64,000 nt of DNA from assembly GCA_016214025.1 (NCBI GenBank), contig JACRPH010000004.1, forward strand, positions 17,370 through 81,369. Reading direction: 5' to 3'. A model generated the notes under the pieces. The model was not told the DNA's origin. It was given only the letters and a program-made list of their open reading frames with translations, and made no database searches. This DNA comes from Candidatus Woesearchaeota archaeon. GTDB taxonomy: Archaea; Nanobdellota; Nanobdellia; Woesearchaeales; GW2011-AR9. Position 1 is the first letter of the stretch; the number at the start of each line of letters is the position of its first letter. Positions 8,367 to 17,720 of this stretch are shown piece after piece. The translations under genes were made by a program, and so were the position numbers.

Positions 8367-10832
8367 ATGCAGCTCCGCTTCTATCCGTTGGACTTCGATT
8401 ACAGGTATAAAGACGGAACTACTTACATCTACCTTTATGGAAAGCAAGATACCGGAGAACGTGTGTGCGTAATTCACCAATACAAACCTTTCTTCTACGC
8501 CCAAGTGCATGAATTGGATCAAGCCAGAATTGCTGAAAAGCTAAAAGACCTAAAGCTGGAAAATAAGCCCGAGCCCGCCACCGTAACCGGTTGGGAAGAA
8601 GCAGAAAAAGAACTGCTGGGAAAGAAAGTAAAACTCTGGAAAATCTATACCAATTATCCCAAAGCAGTGCCTATAATCAGCCGAGAACTGCAAGCATGGG
8701 GAATTGAATGCTATGAAAAAGATATTCTGTTTGTCCATCGCTACCTGCGTGATATGAATATAATCCCCATGACATTAGTGCAGGCAGAAGGAGAATTTAG
8801 TAAGGAAACCAGCCTGCGTGTTCCCCTCTTCACCGCCACTTCCGTAACCCAATTAAGTCTGGAAAGCGTACAAAACCTGAGGATTCTAGCCGTAGACATT
8901 GAAACTTATGCCCGGGACAAAATAGTTGACTTTGAAAGAAATCCTTTATTGATGCTGGCATTCTATGGCATAGATGAAACCGGAGTAGAATTCAGAAAAG
9001 TATTGACCTGGAAAAAATTTAAGCATGATACAGAGTTCATAGAATTCGTTAGAGATGAAGTACAGCTGTTAGAACGCTTCAAAGAAATCATGTTAGAATT
9101 CAAGCCGGATATTCTAACCGGATATTTTTCCGACGGATTTGACTTGCCGTACCTTAAGCATCGCGCCGAAATGCACCGAATAAAGCTGGACTTAGGGTTG
9201 GATTACTCTTACCTCCAAGCCGGAAGCAAAGCTGACTTTCGGGAAGGCGATAGTAAAATAACCGGAATTCCGCATCTCGATATGTGCAAGTTCATCCGCA
9301 ATATCTTCGGCAAGAACCTGAAGACGGACAGCTATTCATTAGATTCAGTAAGCGAAGAAATATTAGGCGATAAAAAGCAAATAATCAATTTGGATCAGCT
9401 GGCTGAAGTGTGGGATCATTCTCCGGATGGGCTGCATGATTATTGTGAATACAACCTGCACGACGCTCACCTTACGCTGAGATTGTGCAAAAAGTTACTG
9501 TACGATATGCTGGAGTTTACTAAGCTCGTGGGATTACCTACTTTTGACGTAATCCGCATGCGCTTTGCCCGCTTAGTTGAAAGTTATATCTTAAAGCGAG
9601 CCCGAGAATATAACGTGCTCGCTCCCAATAAACCCGTCGGAGAGGAAATGGATCACCGCATGGAAGAAACTTACGAAGGAGGATTTGTATACGAGCCGCT
9701 TCCGGGAGTATACCAAGAGCTCGTGGTATTTGACTTCCGTTCATTATATCCCAGTATAATCACCTCACACAATATCGGCCCGGAAAGTTTCCATTGTGCT
9801 TGCTGCAGGGAAAAAGCTAAAGTTCCCACCCTGGATGAATATTGGTTCTGTACCAAACGAAAAACGTTTATCCCTACTGTATTGGAGCAGTTAATTTCCA
9901 TTCGTGCCGATTTAAAGAAGCAGATCAAAGCAGCTAAAGCTAAACAAGAAGACAGTAAGATGCTGGAAGCACGTTCTATTTCAGTTAAACTGTTGGCTAA
10001 TTCGTTCTATGGTTATCTCGGATTCTTTGGAGCGCGCTGGTATTCATTAGAAAGTGCGAGGGCTACTACGGCTTATGCTAGAAATTATATTAAGAACACT
10101 ATCACCAAAGCAGAGGATAGCGGACTAAAAGTAGTTTATTCAGATACTGATTCCTGCTTCGTCCTTCTCGGCGAGCAGCCCTTGGATAAAGCTCTGAAGT
10201 TCCAGAAAGAAATAAATGCTGCTTTACCCGGAACTATGGAATTAGAATTAGAAGGATATTATCCCCGCGGAATCTTCGTGGCAGCTAAAAGAACCGAGAA
10301 AGGCGCCAAGAAGAAATATGCGTTACTCTCCAAAGAAGGGGATCTTAAAATAACCGGATTTGAAACCATTAGGCGCAACTGTTCTCCTCTGGCTAAAGAG
10401 CTCCAGCTGCAAGTGCTAAGAATGGTGCTGGAAGATAAAGCCGGGTTAGCCTTGGCCTATGTTAAAGATACCATCAAAGAATTGCAGGGCGGCAAATTTC
10501 CTCTAAGTAAATTGATAATTAAAACTCAGATAACTAAAGAACTGAATCATTATTCTTCTATCGCCCCTCATGTAGCTATCGCCTGGCAGATGGTAAAGAA
10601 AGGCGAACGTATCGCTCCGGGAAGCGTGATCGAGTATATTATCTGCAAAGGAACCGGGCTGGTAAGAGATAGGGCGAAGATTCCAACCGAAGTCGCTCCC
10701 GAAGATTACGATGCAGATTATTACCTCAACAATCAGCTGATTCCGGCAGTATCTAGCATATTTAATGTGCTGGGGTATAAAGAAGAGGATTTAGTGAGTT
10801 GCAGTCAGACGGGGTTGGGGAAGTTTATGTGA
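8367..10832 (+). CDS. polB: Family B DNA polymerase (PolB).
   Basis: Exo I motif LAVDIETYA is present. Pol motifs are SLYPSIITSHNIGPES (motif A region) and KVVYSDTDSCFV (YxDTDS motif C). Length is 821 aa. Confidence 0.85.
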   Translation: MQLRFYPLDFDYRYKDGTTYIYLYGKQDTGERVCVIHQYKPFFYAQVHELDQARIAEKLKDLKLENKPEPATVTGWEEAEKELLGKKVKLWKIYTNYPKAVPIISRELQAWGIECYEKDILFVHRYLRDMNIIPMTLVQAEGEFSKETSLRVPLFTATSVTQLSLESVQNLRILAVDIETYARDKIVDFERNPLLMLAFYGIDETGVEFRKVLTWKKFKHDTEFIEFVRDEVQLLERFKEIMLEFKPDILTGYFSDGFDLPYLKHRAEMHRIKLDLGLDYSYLQAGSKADFREGDSKITGIPHLDMCKFIRNIFGKNLKTDSYSLDSVSEEILGDKKQIINLDQLAEVWDHSPDGLHDYCEYNLHDAHLTLRLCKKLLYDMLEFTKLVGLPTFDVIRMRFARLVESYILKRAREYNVLAPNKPVGEEMDHRMEETYEGGFVYEPLPGVYQELVVFDFRSLYPSIITSHNIGPESFHCACCREKAKVPTLDEYWFCTKRKTFIPTVLEQLISIRADLKKQIKAAKAKQEDSKMLEARSISVKLLANSFYGYLGFFGARWYSLESARATTAYARNYIKNTITKAEDSGLKVVYSDTDSCFVLLGEQPLDKALKFQKEINAALPGTMELELEGYYPRGIFVAAKRTEKGAKKKYALLSKEGDLKITGFETIRRNCSPLAKELQLQVLRMVLEDKAGLALAYVKDTIKELQGGKFPLSKLIIKTQITKELNHYSSIAPHVAIAWQMVKKGERIAPGSVIEYIICKGTGLVRDRAKIPTEVAPEDYDADYYLNNQLIPAVSSIFNVLGYKEEDLVSCSQTGLGKFM

Positions 10833-10906
10833 ATGGTCTTTGTTTTATCACATCTCTCCTCCATCACCACAAACTCTAAAAATACCACGCTCTTCTTACC
10901 AAAAAG

Positions 10907-11560
10907 ATGTCAGTTTTAACTCCCAAACCACATTACTTTGACCTCACCCTGAAAGGCTACGCTGTACAAGAGAGTTCCCGCCGGCGGGGATATTTCTACT
11001 CTAGCCACAGGGATCGCTGGGATGTATTTGATAAAGAAGGCGGAAAGGTCTCCCTTTCACTAAATTACCGCCGCACCAGAGATGAATGCTGCGTGGAGGA
11101 TTATCGCACTTTGTTTGGGTTTGAATACCACACTGAAAGCGGGCTCCTAAAATGCGGATTGGAGCAGGTCATTCTTACCGCGGAGCATAATTGCTCAGGA
11201 ATGCAAGCTCGGGTGGTAGATGCTCCCCCCTGGAAAAAGTATGAATTGGACTTTCTATCTGACATAGCGGACGCCATTCTCCAAAATCCTGTACTTATTG
11301 CTGAATCTCTTCCCGTAAAAAAAGAAAAGAGGCACTACAGAGAGTTCAACTTATGGGGCTTCCCCAAAGAGTTCGTAGAATCCTTTATGAGAGCTATTCC
11401 CTATCAAAGCGCTTACTCTATTCCTTACTTGAAGATTTCAGTAGAAATGGAGAAATTGGGGTTAAAGCCCAGTCTGGGAAAGCAGATGGTGTGGGGGATA
11501 CTTCCGGAAGCAGCCGGAAAAGGATTCTCCAGATCTAGCCATCGGAGTTCAGGGCAGTGA
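10907..11560 (+). CDS. Hypothetical protein.
   Basis: 217-aa ORF with no recognised motif. Confidence 0.4.
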   Translation: MSVLTPKPHYFDLTLKGYAVQESSRRRGYFYSSHRDRWDVFDKEGGKVSLSLNYRRTRDECCVEDYRTLFGFEYHTESGLLKCGLEQVILTAEHNCSGMQARVVDAPPWKKYELDFLSDIADAILQNPVLIAESLPVKKEKRHYREFNLWGFPKEFVESFMRAIPYQSAYSIPYLKISVEMEKLGLKPSLGKQMVWGILPEAAGKGFSRSSHRSSGQ

Positions 11561-11610
11561 AAATGGCACAAGACAATTGTCTTAATCGGTTAAAGACAGA
11601 TGTCTTGAGG

Positions 11611-11770
11611 TGGCATCCAATATACTAATTGATTTTAGCACTGCCTTGGGTGCAAATATCAATTAGTATATCAAACGCATTTGATATAGCGAGACTAGTC
11701 GAGCGTAAATTGCGCAAACAGTGTAACATAATCAGCGCAATTTACGCTCGACTACTTAGCCTGGATGCCA
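11611..11770. repeat. Nested perfect inverted-repeat element or candidate structured RNA in the leuS upstream intergenic region.
   Basis: 8-bp closing stem: TGGCATCC at 11611-18 pairs with GGATGCCA at 11763-70. 14-bp hairpin: 11620-33 pairs with 11658-71. 19-bp perfect hairpin: AGTCGAGCGTAAATTGCGC at 11697-715 pairs with GCGCAATTTACGCTCGACT at 11735-753. Confidence 0.4.
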
Positions 11771-11960
11771 TCAGAAATAGGATCAAAAAATTAACTGAAG
11801 AAGAGCTTAAGCAGGAACTAGAAAAAGAAAAAAGCTTTATTCTAAGAGAAAGAGGAATCGTATACCAATGAGATAAAAATACGAATGTAAATTATACCGC
11901 GTCACAAACACCAAATCTCCCCCGCAATCTTTAAAAACCGCCGTCTAATACCTTCTGGTT

Positions 11961-14816
11961 ATGGGTGTAAACTGGAACCAAGTGCAAGATAAATGGCAGG
12001 CTAAATGGACCGAGGCAGAATTAGGCCAAGCTGTAGTAAAGAAAAGCAAAGAAAAATTCATGATGATATTTGCCTATCCGGGAATCTCCGGATATCTGCA
12101 CGTCGGGCATATGCGCGGCTATTCTTACACTGATGCTATCTGCCGTTACGAAAGGCTTAAAGGCAAAGAAGTATTATTTCCGGTTGGAACTCACGCCAGC
12201 GGAAACCAAGCCTTAGCCTTTGCCAACAAAGTAAAATACGGAAACCAGGACTGGCTCGAATATTTGGAAGACAACGGCTGTCCTAAAGAAGTGGTTCCCA
12301 CCTTAGCCGATCCTAATAAAGTTGTAGAATACTTCAACCAAGTTTACGTCAACGATTACTGGAAAAAATTCGGCTTCTTATGCGATTGGAACCGATTTAC
12401 CTGCACCGTTTACAAAGATTACGAAAAATTTATTCAATGGCAATTCCGGAAATTAATGCAAAAAGACTTGCTTATCCAAAAACCATATTTCGCTACTGCC
12501 TGCCCTAATTGTGGTCCAGTAGCAGTTGATCCTTCTGAAACCGATATCGCCACTGGGGGAAATGCTGAAAAGCAGGAATACACTTTATTAAAATTCAAGT
12601 TTGAAATTGAAGAAGCTGAGCCCTTATACTTAGTTGCTGCTACTCTTAGGCCGGAAACGATATACGGACAAACCAACCTGTGGATTAACCCTAATGTGAA
12701 ATATGTAAAAGTAGAAGTAGATACTGAAACCTGGGTAATGAGCCCCGAAGCAGCCGAAAAATTAAGTTACCAGAAAGATGAAGTATTGCTCAAAGAGGAT
12801 ATCAGCCCAAGTAAATTCCTGGGCAAAAAAGCCCGAGCGCCAGGAGTAGAACGGGATATTATTATACTTCCGGCAATGTTCTGCGACCCTAACTTCGGAA
12901 CTGGAATCGTAACTTCTGTACCCAGCGATGCGCCTTATGATTACGTCGCTTTAAGAGCCCTGCAGGAGCACCCTGAAGAATGCAGAAAATATGGCCTCTC
13001 GCCAGAAGCAGTAAACAATATTGGCTTAATTCCCATCATCAAAACTGAAGGCTACGGCGAATTTCCGGCTAAAGAGCTCGCCCAAAAATTAGGCATCTCT
13101 TCTTTAGATGATCCTAAACTGGAAGAAGCTACCAAAGAGCTGTACAAAGCAGGCTATCATACCGGTATCATGAGAAACACCTGTGGAGAATATTCGGGAA
13201 AGAAAGTAGAAGAAGCCAAAGAATTAATCAGGTCCAAATTGATTGAAGAAGGAAAAGCAGACACGTTCCACGACCTGTCTGAAGAAGTGCTGTGCCGCTG
13301 CGGAAAAAAAGTAGTAATAAAAAGAATCGACGACCAATGGTTCATCAAATATTCCAATCCGGAACTAAAAGAAAGAAGCAAAGAGCAAATCCAAGAGATG
13401 CGCATCTACCCTGAAGAATATCACCAGAATATGCCTAAAGTGATTGACTGGTTTGGCGATAGAGCTTGTGCTAGACTTGGAAACTGGCAGGGCAGCCGCT
13501 TGCCGTTTGACGGAAAATGGATTATCGAACCCATTAGCGATTCCACACTATACCCTGCTTATTACATCGTATCCAAATTTGTAAACAGCGGAAAGCTCAA
13601 GCCGGAAGAGCTAACTGAAGAGTTCTTTGATAATGTATTCCTGGGAAAAGGAAAAGGTAAAGAAGAGTGGAAAGAAATCCGAGACGAATTTGATTATTTT
13701 TATCCGCTGGATCTAAACTTAGGCGGCAAAGAACACAAAACGGTACATTTCCCGGTATTCTTGATGAATCATGTAGCTATCCTGCCTGAAAATAAATGGC
13801 CGTTAGGCATCGTCGTAAATTGGTGGGTTACTGGAAAAGGCTCTAAGATTTCCAAAAGTAAAGGCGGAGCAGAGCCCATACCAGCCGCCATGAAAAAGTA
13901 TGGTGTAGATGCCATGCGCTTATACTATGCCCATATCGGCTCTCCGCATGTGGATGTAGTCTGGACTGAAGAAGTAGTATTAAATTACAAAAATGCCCTG
14001 GAAAGGATTTATGCTTTGTGCGAAGAGCTGCGGCAGATAAAAGGGACTAAAAAACAATCTATCGATGAATGGCTATTATCCCGAGTACACCATCACGTTC
14101 GAGCCATAAACCACGCATTAAAAGAATATGACTTAAGAGAATTAGCTTCGATTACTTACTTTACGATGTATGACGACTTGCGCTGGTATGTGCGCAGAGG
14201 AGGAAACGATACTAAAACTATCCATGAAGCATTAAATATGTGGGTTAGATTGATGAATCCGATTACTCCACATCTAAGCGAAGAATTGAATGAATTTGGA
14301 GGATATATCAAAGGTGCTCCCGGGCTGGTATCTGCTTCCACTTGGCCAACTGCAGAAGAGGATAAGATTGCTCCAACTGCCGAAGCTGGGGAAGAATTAG
14401 TCAAAGCTACCCGAGAAAGCATGCGCAATGTGCTGAAGCTGGCTAAGCTCGACGCACCTAAAAAATACACCTTATTCATCGCCGACAGATGGCTGTATAA
14501 ATTATTTGAAATCGTATCAGCGGAGATTAAAGTTACGCATAATCCGGGAGAAATCATGCGCAGAGTTTTGGCGGAAGAAACATTCAAAGAAAGAGGAAAA
14601 GACGTAAGTAAAATTGTCTCAGCGTTAGTCAAAGATGAATCTAAAATCCCTCCGGTGGTAATCTCACCTGAAGAAGAGTTCAAAGTTATGACCGAAGCGG
14701 CAGGAATGCTGGAAAAAGAATTTGGATGTAAAACAGAAGTAGTATTGGGTGAAGATAGTTCTCATCCTAAAGCAAGAATGGCGATGCCGGGGAAAGTTGG
14801 GATTGTGGTGGAGTAA
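11961..14816 (+). CDS. leuS: Leucyl-tRNA synthetase, archaeal/eukaryotic type.
   Basis: HVGHMRGY (HIGH motif) and KISKSKG (KMSKS motif) are present. Length is 951 aa with archaeal LeuRS domain order. Confidence 0.9.
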   Translation: MGVNWNQVQDKWQAKWTEAELGQAVVKKSKEKFMMIFAYPGISGYLHVGHMRGYSYTDAICRYERLKGKEVLFPVGTHASGNQALAFANKVKYGNQDWLEYLEDNGCPKEVVPTLADPNKVVEYFNQVYVNDYWKKFGFLCDWNRFTCTVYKDYEKFIQWQFRKLMQKDLLIQKPYFATACPNCGPVAVDPSETDIATGGNAEKQEYTLLKFKFEIEEAEPLYLVAATLRPETIYGQTNLWINPNVKYVKVEVDTETWVMSPEAAEKLSYQKDEVLLKEDISPSKFLGKKARAPGVERDIIILPAMFCDPNFGTGIVTSVPSDAPYDYVALRALQEHPEECRKYGLSPEAVNNIGLIPIIKTEGYGEFPAKELAQKLGISSLDDPKLEEATKELYKAGYHTGIMRNTCGEYSGKKVEEAKELIRSKLIEEGKADTFHDLSEEVLCRCGKKVVIKRIDDQWFIKYSNPELKERSKEQIQEMRIYPEEYHQNMPKVIDWFGDRACARLGNWQGSRLPFDGKWIIEPISDSTLYPAYYIVSKFVNSGKLKPEELTEEFFDNVFLGKGKGKEEWKEIRDEFDYFYPLDLNLGGKEHKTVHFPVFLMNHVAILPENKWPLGIVVNWWVTGKGSKISKSKGGAEPIPAAMKKYGVDAMRLYYAHIGSPHVDVVWTEEVVLNYKNALERIYALCEELRQIKGTKKQSIDEWLLSRVHHHVRAINHALKEYDLRELASITYFTMYDDLRWYVRRGGNDTKTIHEALNMWVRLMNPITPHLSEELNEFGGYIKGAPGLVSASTWPTAEEDKIAPTAEAGEELVKATRESMRNVLKLAKLDAPKKYTLFIADRWLYKLFEIVSAEIKVTHNPGEIMRRVLAEETFKERGKDVSKIVSALVKDESKIPPVVISPEEEFKVMTEAAGMLEKEFGCKTEVVLGEDSSHPKARMAMPGKVGIVVE

Positions 14817-14825
14817 GCGCTATAA

Positions 14826-15146
14826 TCACGCCGTCACCAGCACTTTCTGTTCAACCATATCGAGCTGCTGAAGGATTAACTTATCATACAATAAAACTAA
14901 TTGCTTAACTACCTCATTAGCTTGATTAATCTTATACAAAGTTGCTCTGCCAATCTTTCTAGTTATAATTACCATTCCAAGTTCCACCAACTTAGGAACA
15001 AGCTGGTTTAACGTTCCCCAACTGACTCCCGCGTGAAGCATATCAGTAAGAGTATAATCCATCTCTCTTCCTTCTATTAAGTATTGTAATACTCTCATTC
15101 GGGGGCTATCTCCAACGTACTCTAAAAATACAGATTCTTCTTCCAT
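14826..15146 (-). CDS. Small winged-helix DNA-binding protein.
   Basis: PRMRVLQYLIEGREMDYTLTDMLHAGVSWGTLNQLVPKLVELGMVIITRKIGRATLYKIN is a wHTH pattern. Confidence 0.5.
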   Translation of the reverse strand: MEEESVFLEYVGDSPRMRVLQYLIEGREMDYTLTDMLHAGVSWGTLNQLVPKLVELGMVIITRKIGRATLYKINQANEVVKQLVLLYDKLILQQLDMVEQKVLVTA

Positions 15147-15189
15147 GATGCTTCTAAAAACGAGCTAAGATTTATATACTTTTTGATTA

Positions 15190-15666
15190 ATGCTTAAATT
15201 AAACATGAAACTCACCTCTCTCCGTTCAAAAGAATTTCAGGAAGAATTAGATACATACCATTATTCTCTTAAAGTCAGCAAGAAAGATACAGTTGAAGTA
15301 TCTGAATCAGGGACAGCAAAAATAATTCTGCTCAATAAACAGTCCGCTTTCTTTTATCTGTCTGAACGATTAATTCCACATTTAAAACTACTTCAAGCCC
15401 GCCCAGAATTGCTGAAGAAAATTGTAGTAGACATGGGGGCAGTTAAGTTTATGGTAAGTGGAGCAGATGTGATGCGTCCGGGGATTGTAGAGATTGAAGT
15501 AGGAATAAATAAAGAGGATTTAGTAGTGATTGTTGATGCAAATAATCGAAAACCGTTGGCAGTGGGAATAGCTTTATTCAATTCAGAAGAGATGCAAGCG
15601 ATGGCTTCAGGAAAAGTAATTAAGAATGTTCATTATGTTGGGGATGAATTATGGAGAATGGTCTAA
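15190..15666 (+). CDS. PUA-domain RNA-binding protein.
   Basis: GADVMRPGIVEIE...VGIALFNSEEMQAMASGKVIKNVHYVGDELW is a canonical PUA domain. Confidence 0.6.
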   Translation: MLKLNMKLTSLRSKEFQEELDTYHYSLKVSKKDTVEVSESGTAKIILLNKQSAFFYLSERLIPHLKLLQARPELLKKIVVDMGAVKFMVSGADVMRPGIVEIEVGINKEDLVVIVDANNRKPLAVGIALFNSEEMQAMASGKVIKNVHYVGDELWRMV

Positions 15667-15670
15667 GAAT

Positions 15671-16000
15671 ATGATCTTCAACCACACTCGCAACAAAGTA
15701 ATCTCAGAGAAAGAAATCGTTTGTAAAAGTATCTTCTCGCAAGCATTAGGATTAATGTTTCATCGCAAGCAGAATCTAATCATGGTGTTTAAAGAGGAAA
15801 GAAGAATCTCTTTGCACAATTGTTTTGTATTCTTTCCGATTGATGTGCTGATTGTGGATAAAGAGATGAAGATTGTGGAGATTAAAAAAAACTTTTGGCC
15901 GTTCACGTTCTGGAATGCTTCGCAGAAAGGGAAATATGTGCTCGAGCTGGCTTTTCCAGGAGAGTATGAGGTGGGAGAGAAAGTTACGTTTACGGAATAA
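15671..16000 (+). CDS. DUF192 (COG1430) family protein.
   Basis: ALGLMFHRK...LIMVF...PIDVLIVDKEMKIVEI...YVLELAFPGE matches the DUF192 pattern (GLM.r...gMlF.f..plDiifid.dg.iv.i..yVLEl). Confidence 0.5.
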   Translation: MIFNHTRNKVISEKEIVCKSIFSQALGLMFHRKQNLIMVFKEERRISLHNCFVFFPIDVLIVDKEMKIVEIKKNFWPFTFWNASQKGKYVLELAFPGEYEVGEKVTFTE

Positions 16001-16359
16001 ATTTCTCTTTGACCGCCTCCTCAACCAATGGAAATTCTAACAAATAGGCGACTTTCACTACACCTTGACATATGCCTCGGTAATGAAGAGCCTGACCGAT
16101 TAGGGTCAAGAATAAAAGTTTATTGGAATGGATTTGGTAGTGCATCGCCAGGGGTAGTGAAAGTGCCGGTGCTTGGGCCAAATGAGCTTCCAAAAGTATA
16201 CCAAATATCATACAATTTCGAATAATGTGATTCGTTTGCTTCCAAACCCACCCATTCACTCCATTACTCTCTCTACACCACAGATATCTTTAAATAGTGC
16301 TTCTCACCAGAAATATAGAAAAAGAGTTAACACTCCTAAACAAAAAAAGGTGGTTTACC

Positions 16360-16767
16360 ATGGATCTTCGCCGAACCCGAACTTGTGAACGCTGCAAAAC
16401 GGCAGTGCCGTTAGATCAAGTGCGTATTGTGCCTAAAAATAATGAAACTAATCTGCTCGTGTGCGATAATTGCATGAGCGAGATAAAGAAAGCTACCGCA
16501 GACGGCAGGATTGCCGGAGCCCAGTCGAGGATTTATGCTCCCATAGACTCGTTCAAACCCAGAGTAACCAATGTTCCCCAAGACAGTCCGTTCAGAGCAA
16601 TGTCCAGCCAGAGGATTTCTCCTTTGCCGCCGCCGGATTATGCTAAATACACCTGTACTAAATGTAATTATGTATTCAAAGTCGACCGCTCCAAAGCCGG
16701 AATAACTTATGGGGTGAAATGCCCTTACTGTGGCAGGGTGGACAAATTACGCTTATATAGGGGGTAG
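16360..16767 (+). CDS. Zinc-ribbon protein with two CxxC...CxxC pairs.
   Basis: CERCKT...CDNCMSE and CTKCNY...CPYCGR. The ATG at 16360 is preceded by an AAAGGTGG SD-like site. Confidence 0.45.
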   Translation: MDLRRTRTCERCKTAVPLDQVRIVPKNNETNLLVCDNCMSEIKKATADGRIAGAQSRIYAPIDSFKPRVTNVPQDSPFRAMSSQRISPLPPPDYAKYTCTKCNYVFKVDRSKAGITYGVKCPYCGRVDKLRLYRG

Positions 16768-16811
16768 GTGGCCGTAATATGGAGAGTTTAGGGGTGTAAA
16801 AAGAGGTGAGT

Positions 16812-17630
16812 ATGATGTTATACACGCATAATTTAGGCCATCTTAATCTGAAGTCAGCCGAATTGGAAAGCGTCTACATTGTAAGAGATTTACGGCAGAA
16901 GATGCCTTTTCCGATAACCGAGCCGAAGTTTAACGAATATCTTACTAATTTTTTAGTTTCAGATACGGATCAAAGCCGTATGGAATTAGGGTTATTAATG
17001 GTCGGGCCGGCTTTAGAATTGTTAAATAAGCTGCTGAGTGAAACCTATATTCCTGAAGCTGATCCCATGCATGAGCCCAGTGAAGTGCCCAAACCAATGA
17101 TGTTGTACGAATCAGCTAATATCCAACGGGCGATGCAGATACTCCAAGAAATGCCTCCGGCTTTGGATAAAAACATTCAGTTCGGAACCGAAATGCTGGG
17201 CTGGCAAAGTACTATGATAAGAGATGCAGCTTCCGTGTTTAATATGCTGCCCAGATTGAGAACCACTGAAGAAAAAATAGTGTATAATGCTAAACTGAAT
17301 GAGCTGTTTCAAAGAGTATTGCGCAATCAGGAATTTGTGTTTAACTTTACCGATATCGTGCATGAAGCCCATGTAGAGCTGATGAAAGGGCTGCTGGAGA
17401 GCATGAACAAAGGCTTCTTGTTTCATTATACTCTAGAAGAAGAATTAAGAAAAGCCAGTTTTGACGAGATAAAGCGCCGGATTCCGCAGGTGAAGTTAGA
17501 TGAAGCTGAAACCATCAAGAGAAATATGCTGGCAATAAAAAATGCTATTGACCGGGCTTATGAGCTGAACCAGCGCATGGTCAGCTTGGCAGTGGTATTG
17601 TATTCGTGTATGAAATGGGTGAAAGGGTAA
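16812..17630 (+). CDS. Hypothetical protein.
   Basis: Long ORF with coding-like composition and no motif. Confidence 0.4.
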   Translation: MMLYTHNLGHLNLKSAELESVYIVRDLRQKMPFPITEPKFNEYLTNFLVSDTDQSRMELGLLMVGPALELLNKLLSETYIPEADPMHEPSEVPKPMMLYESANIQRAMQILQEMPPALDKNIQFGTEMLGWQSTMIRDAASVFNMLPRLRTTEEKIVYNAKLNELFQRVLRNQEFVFNFTDIVHEAHVELMKGLLESMNKGFLFHYTLEEELRKASFDEIKRRIPQVKLDEAETIKRNMLAIKNAIDRAYELNQRMVSLAVVLYSCMKWVKG

Positions 17631-17720
17631 GATAAAAAAAATTGTGGGGCGGCTTCTTCATTCAACTCCCCTTTTCCACCACAACAATCTTTAAAAAAAC
17701 AGCTTCTTCTAAGAGACGAT

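Noticed and set aside
11629-11871. 80-aa ORF over the leuS upstream inverted-repeat block
   Set aside because: Its first half is encoded by perfect palindromes, which is more parsimoniously a structured or repeat element. There is no RBS or TATA in suitable position. Kept only as a remote possibility.
12434-14683. Several 80-175-aa minus-strand ORFs inside leuS
   Set aside because: Antisense to a highly confident 951-aa LeuRS gene. Low-complexity Ser/Leu-rich translations.
16028-16388. Two overlapping 65-71-aa ORFs between the DUF192 gene and the Zn-ribbon gene
   Set aside because: No motifs, overlapping frames, and they occupy a likely promoter region for the Zn-ribbon gene.
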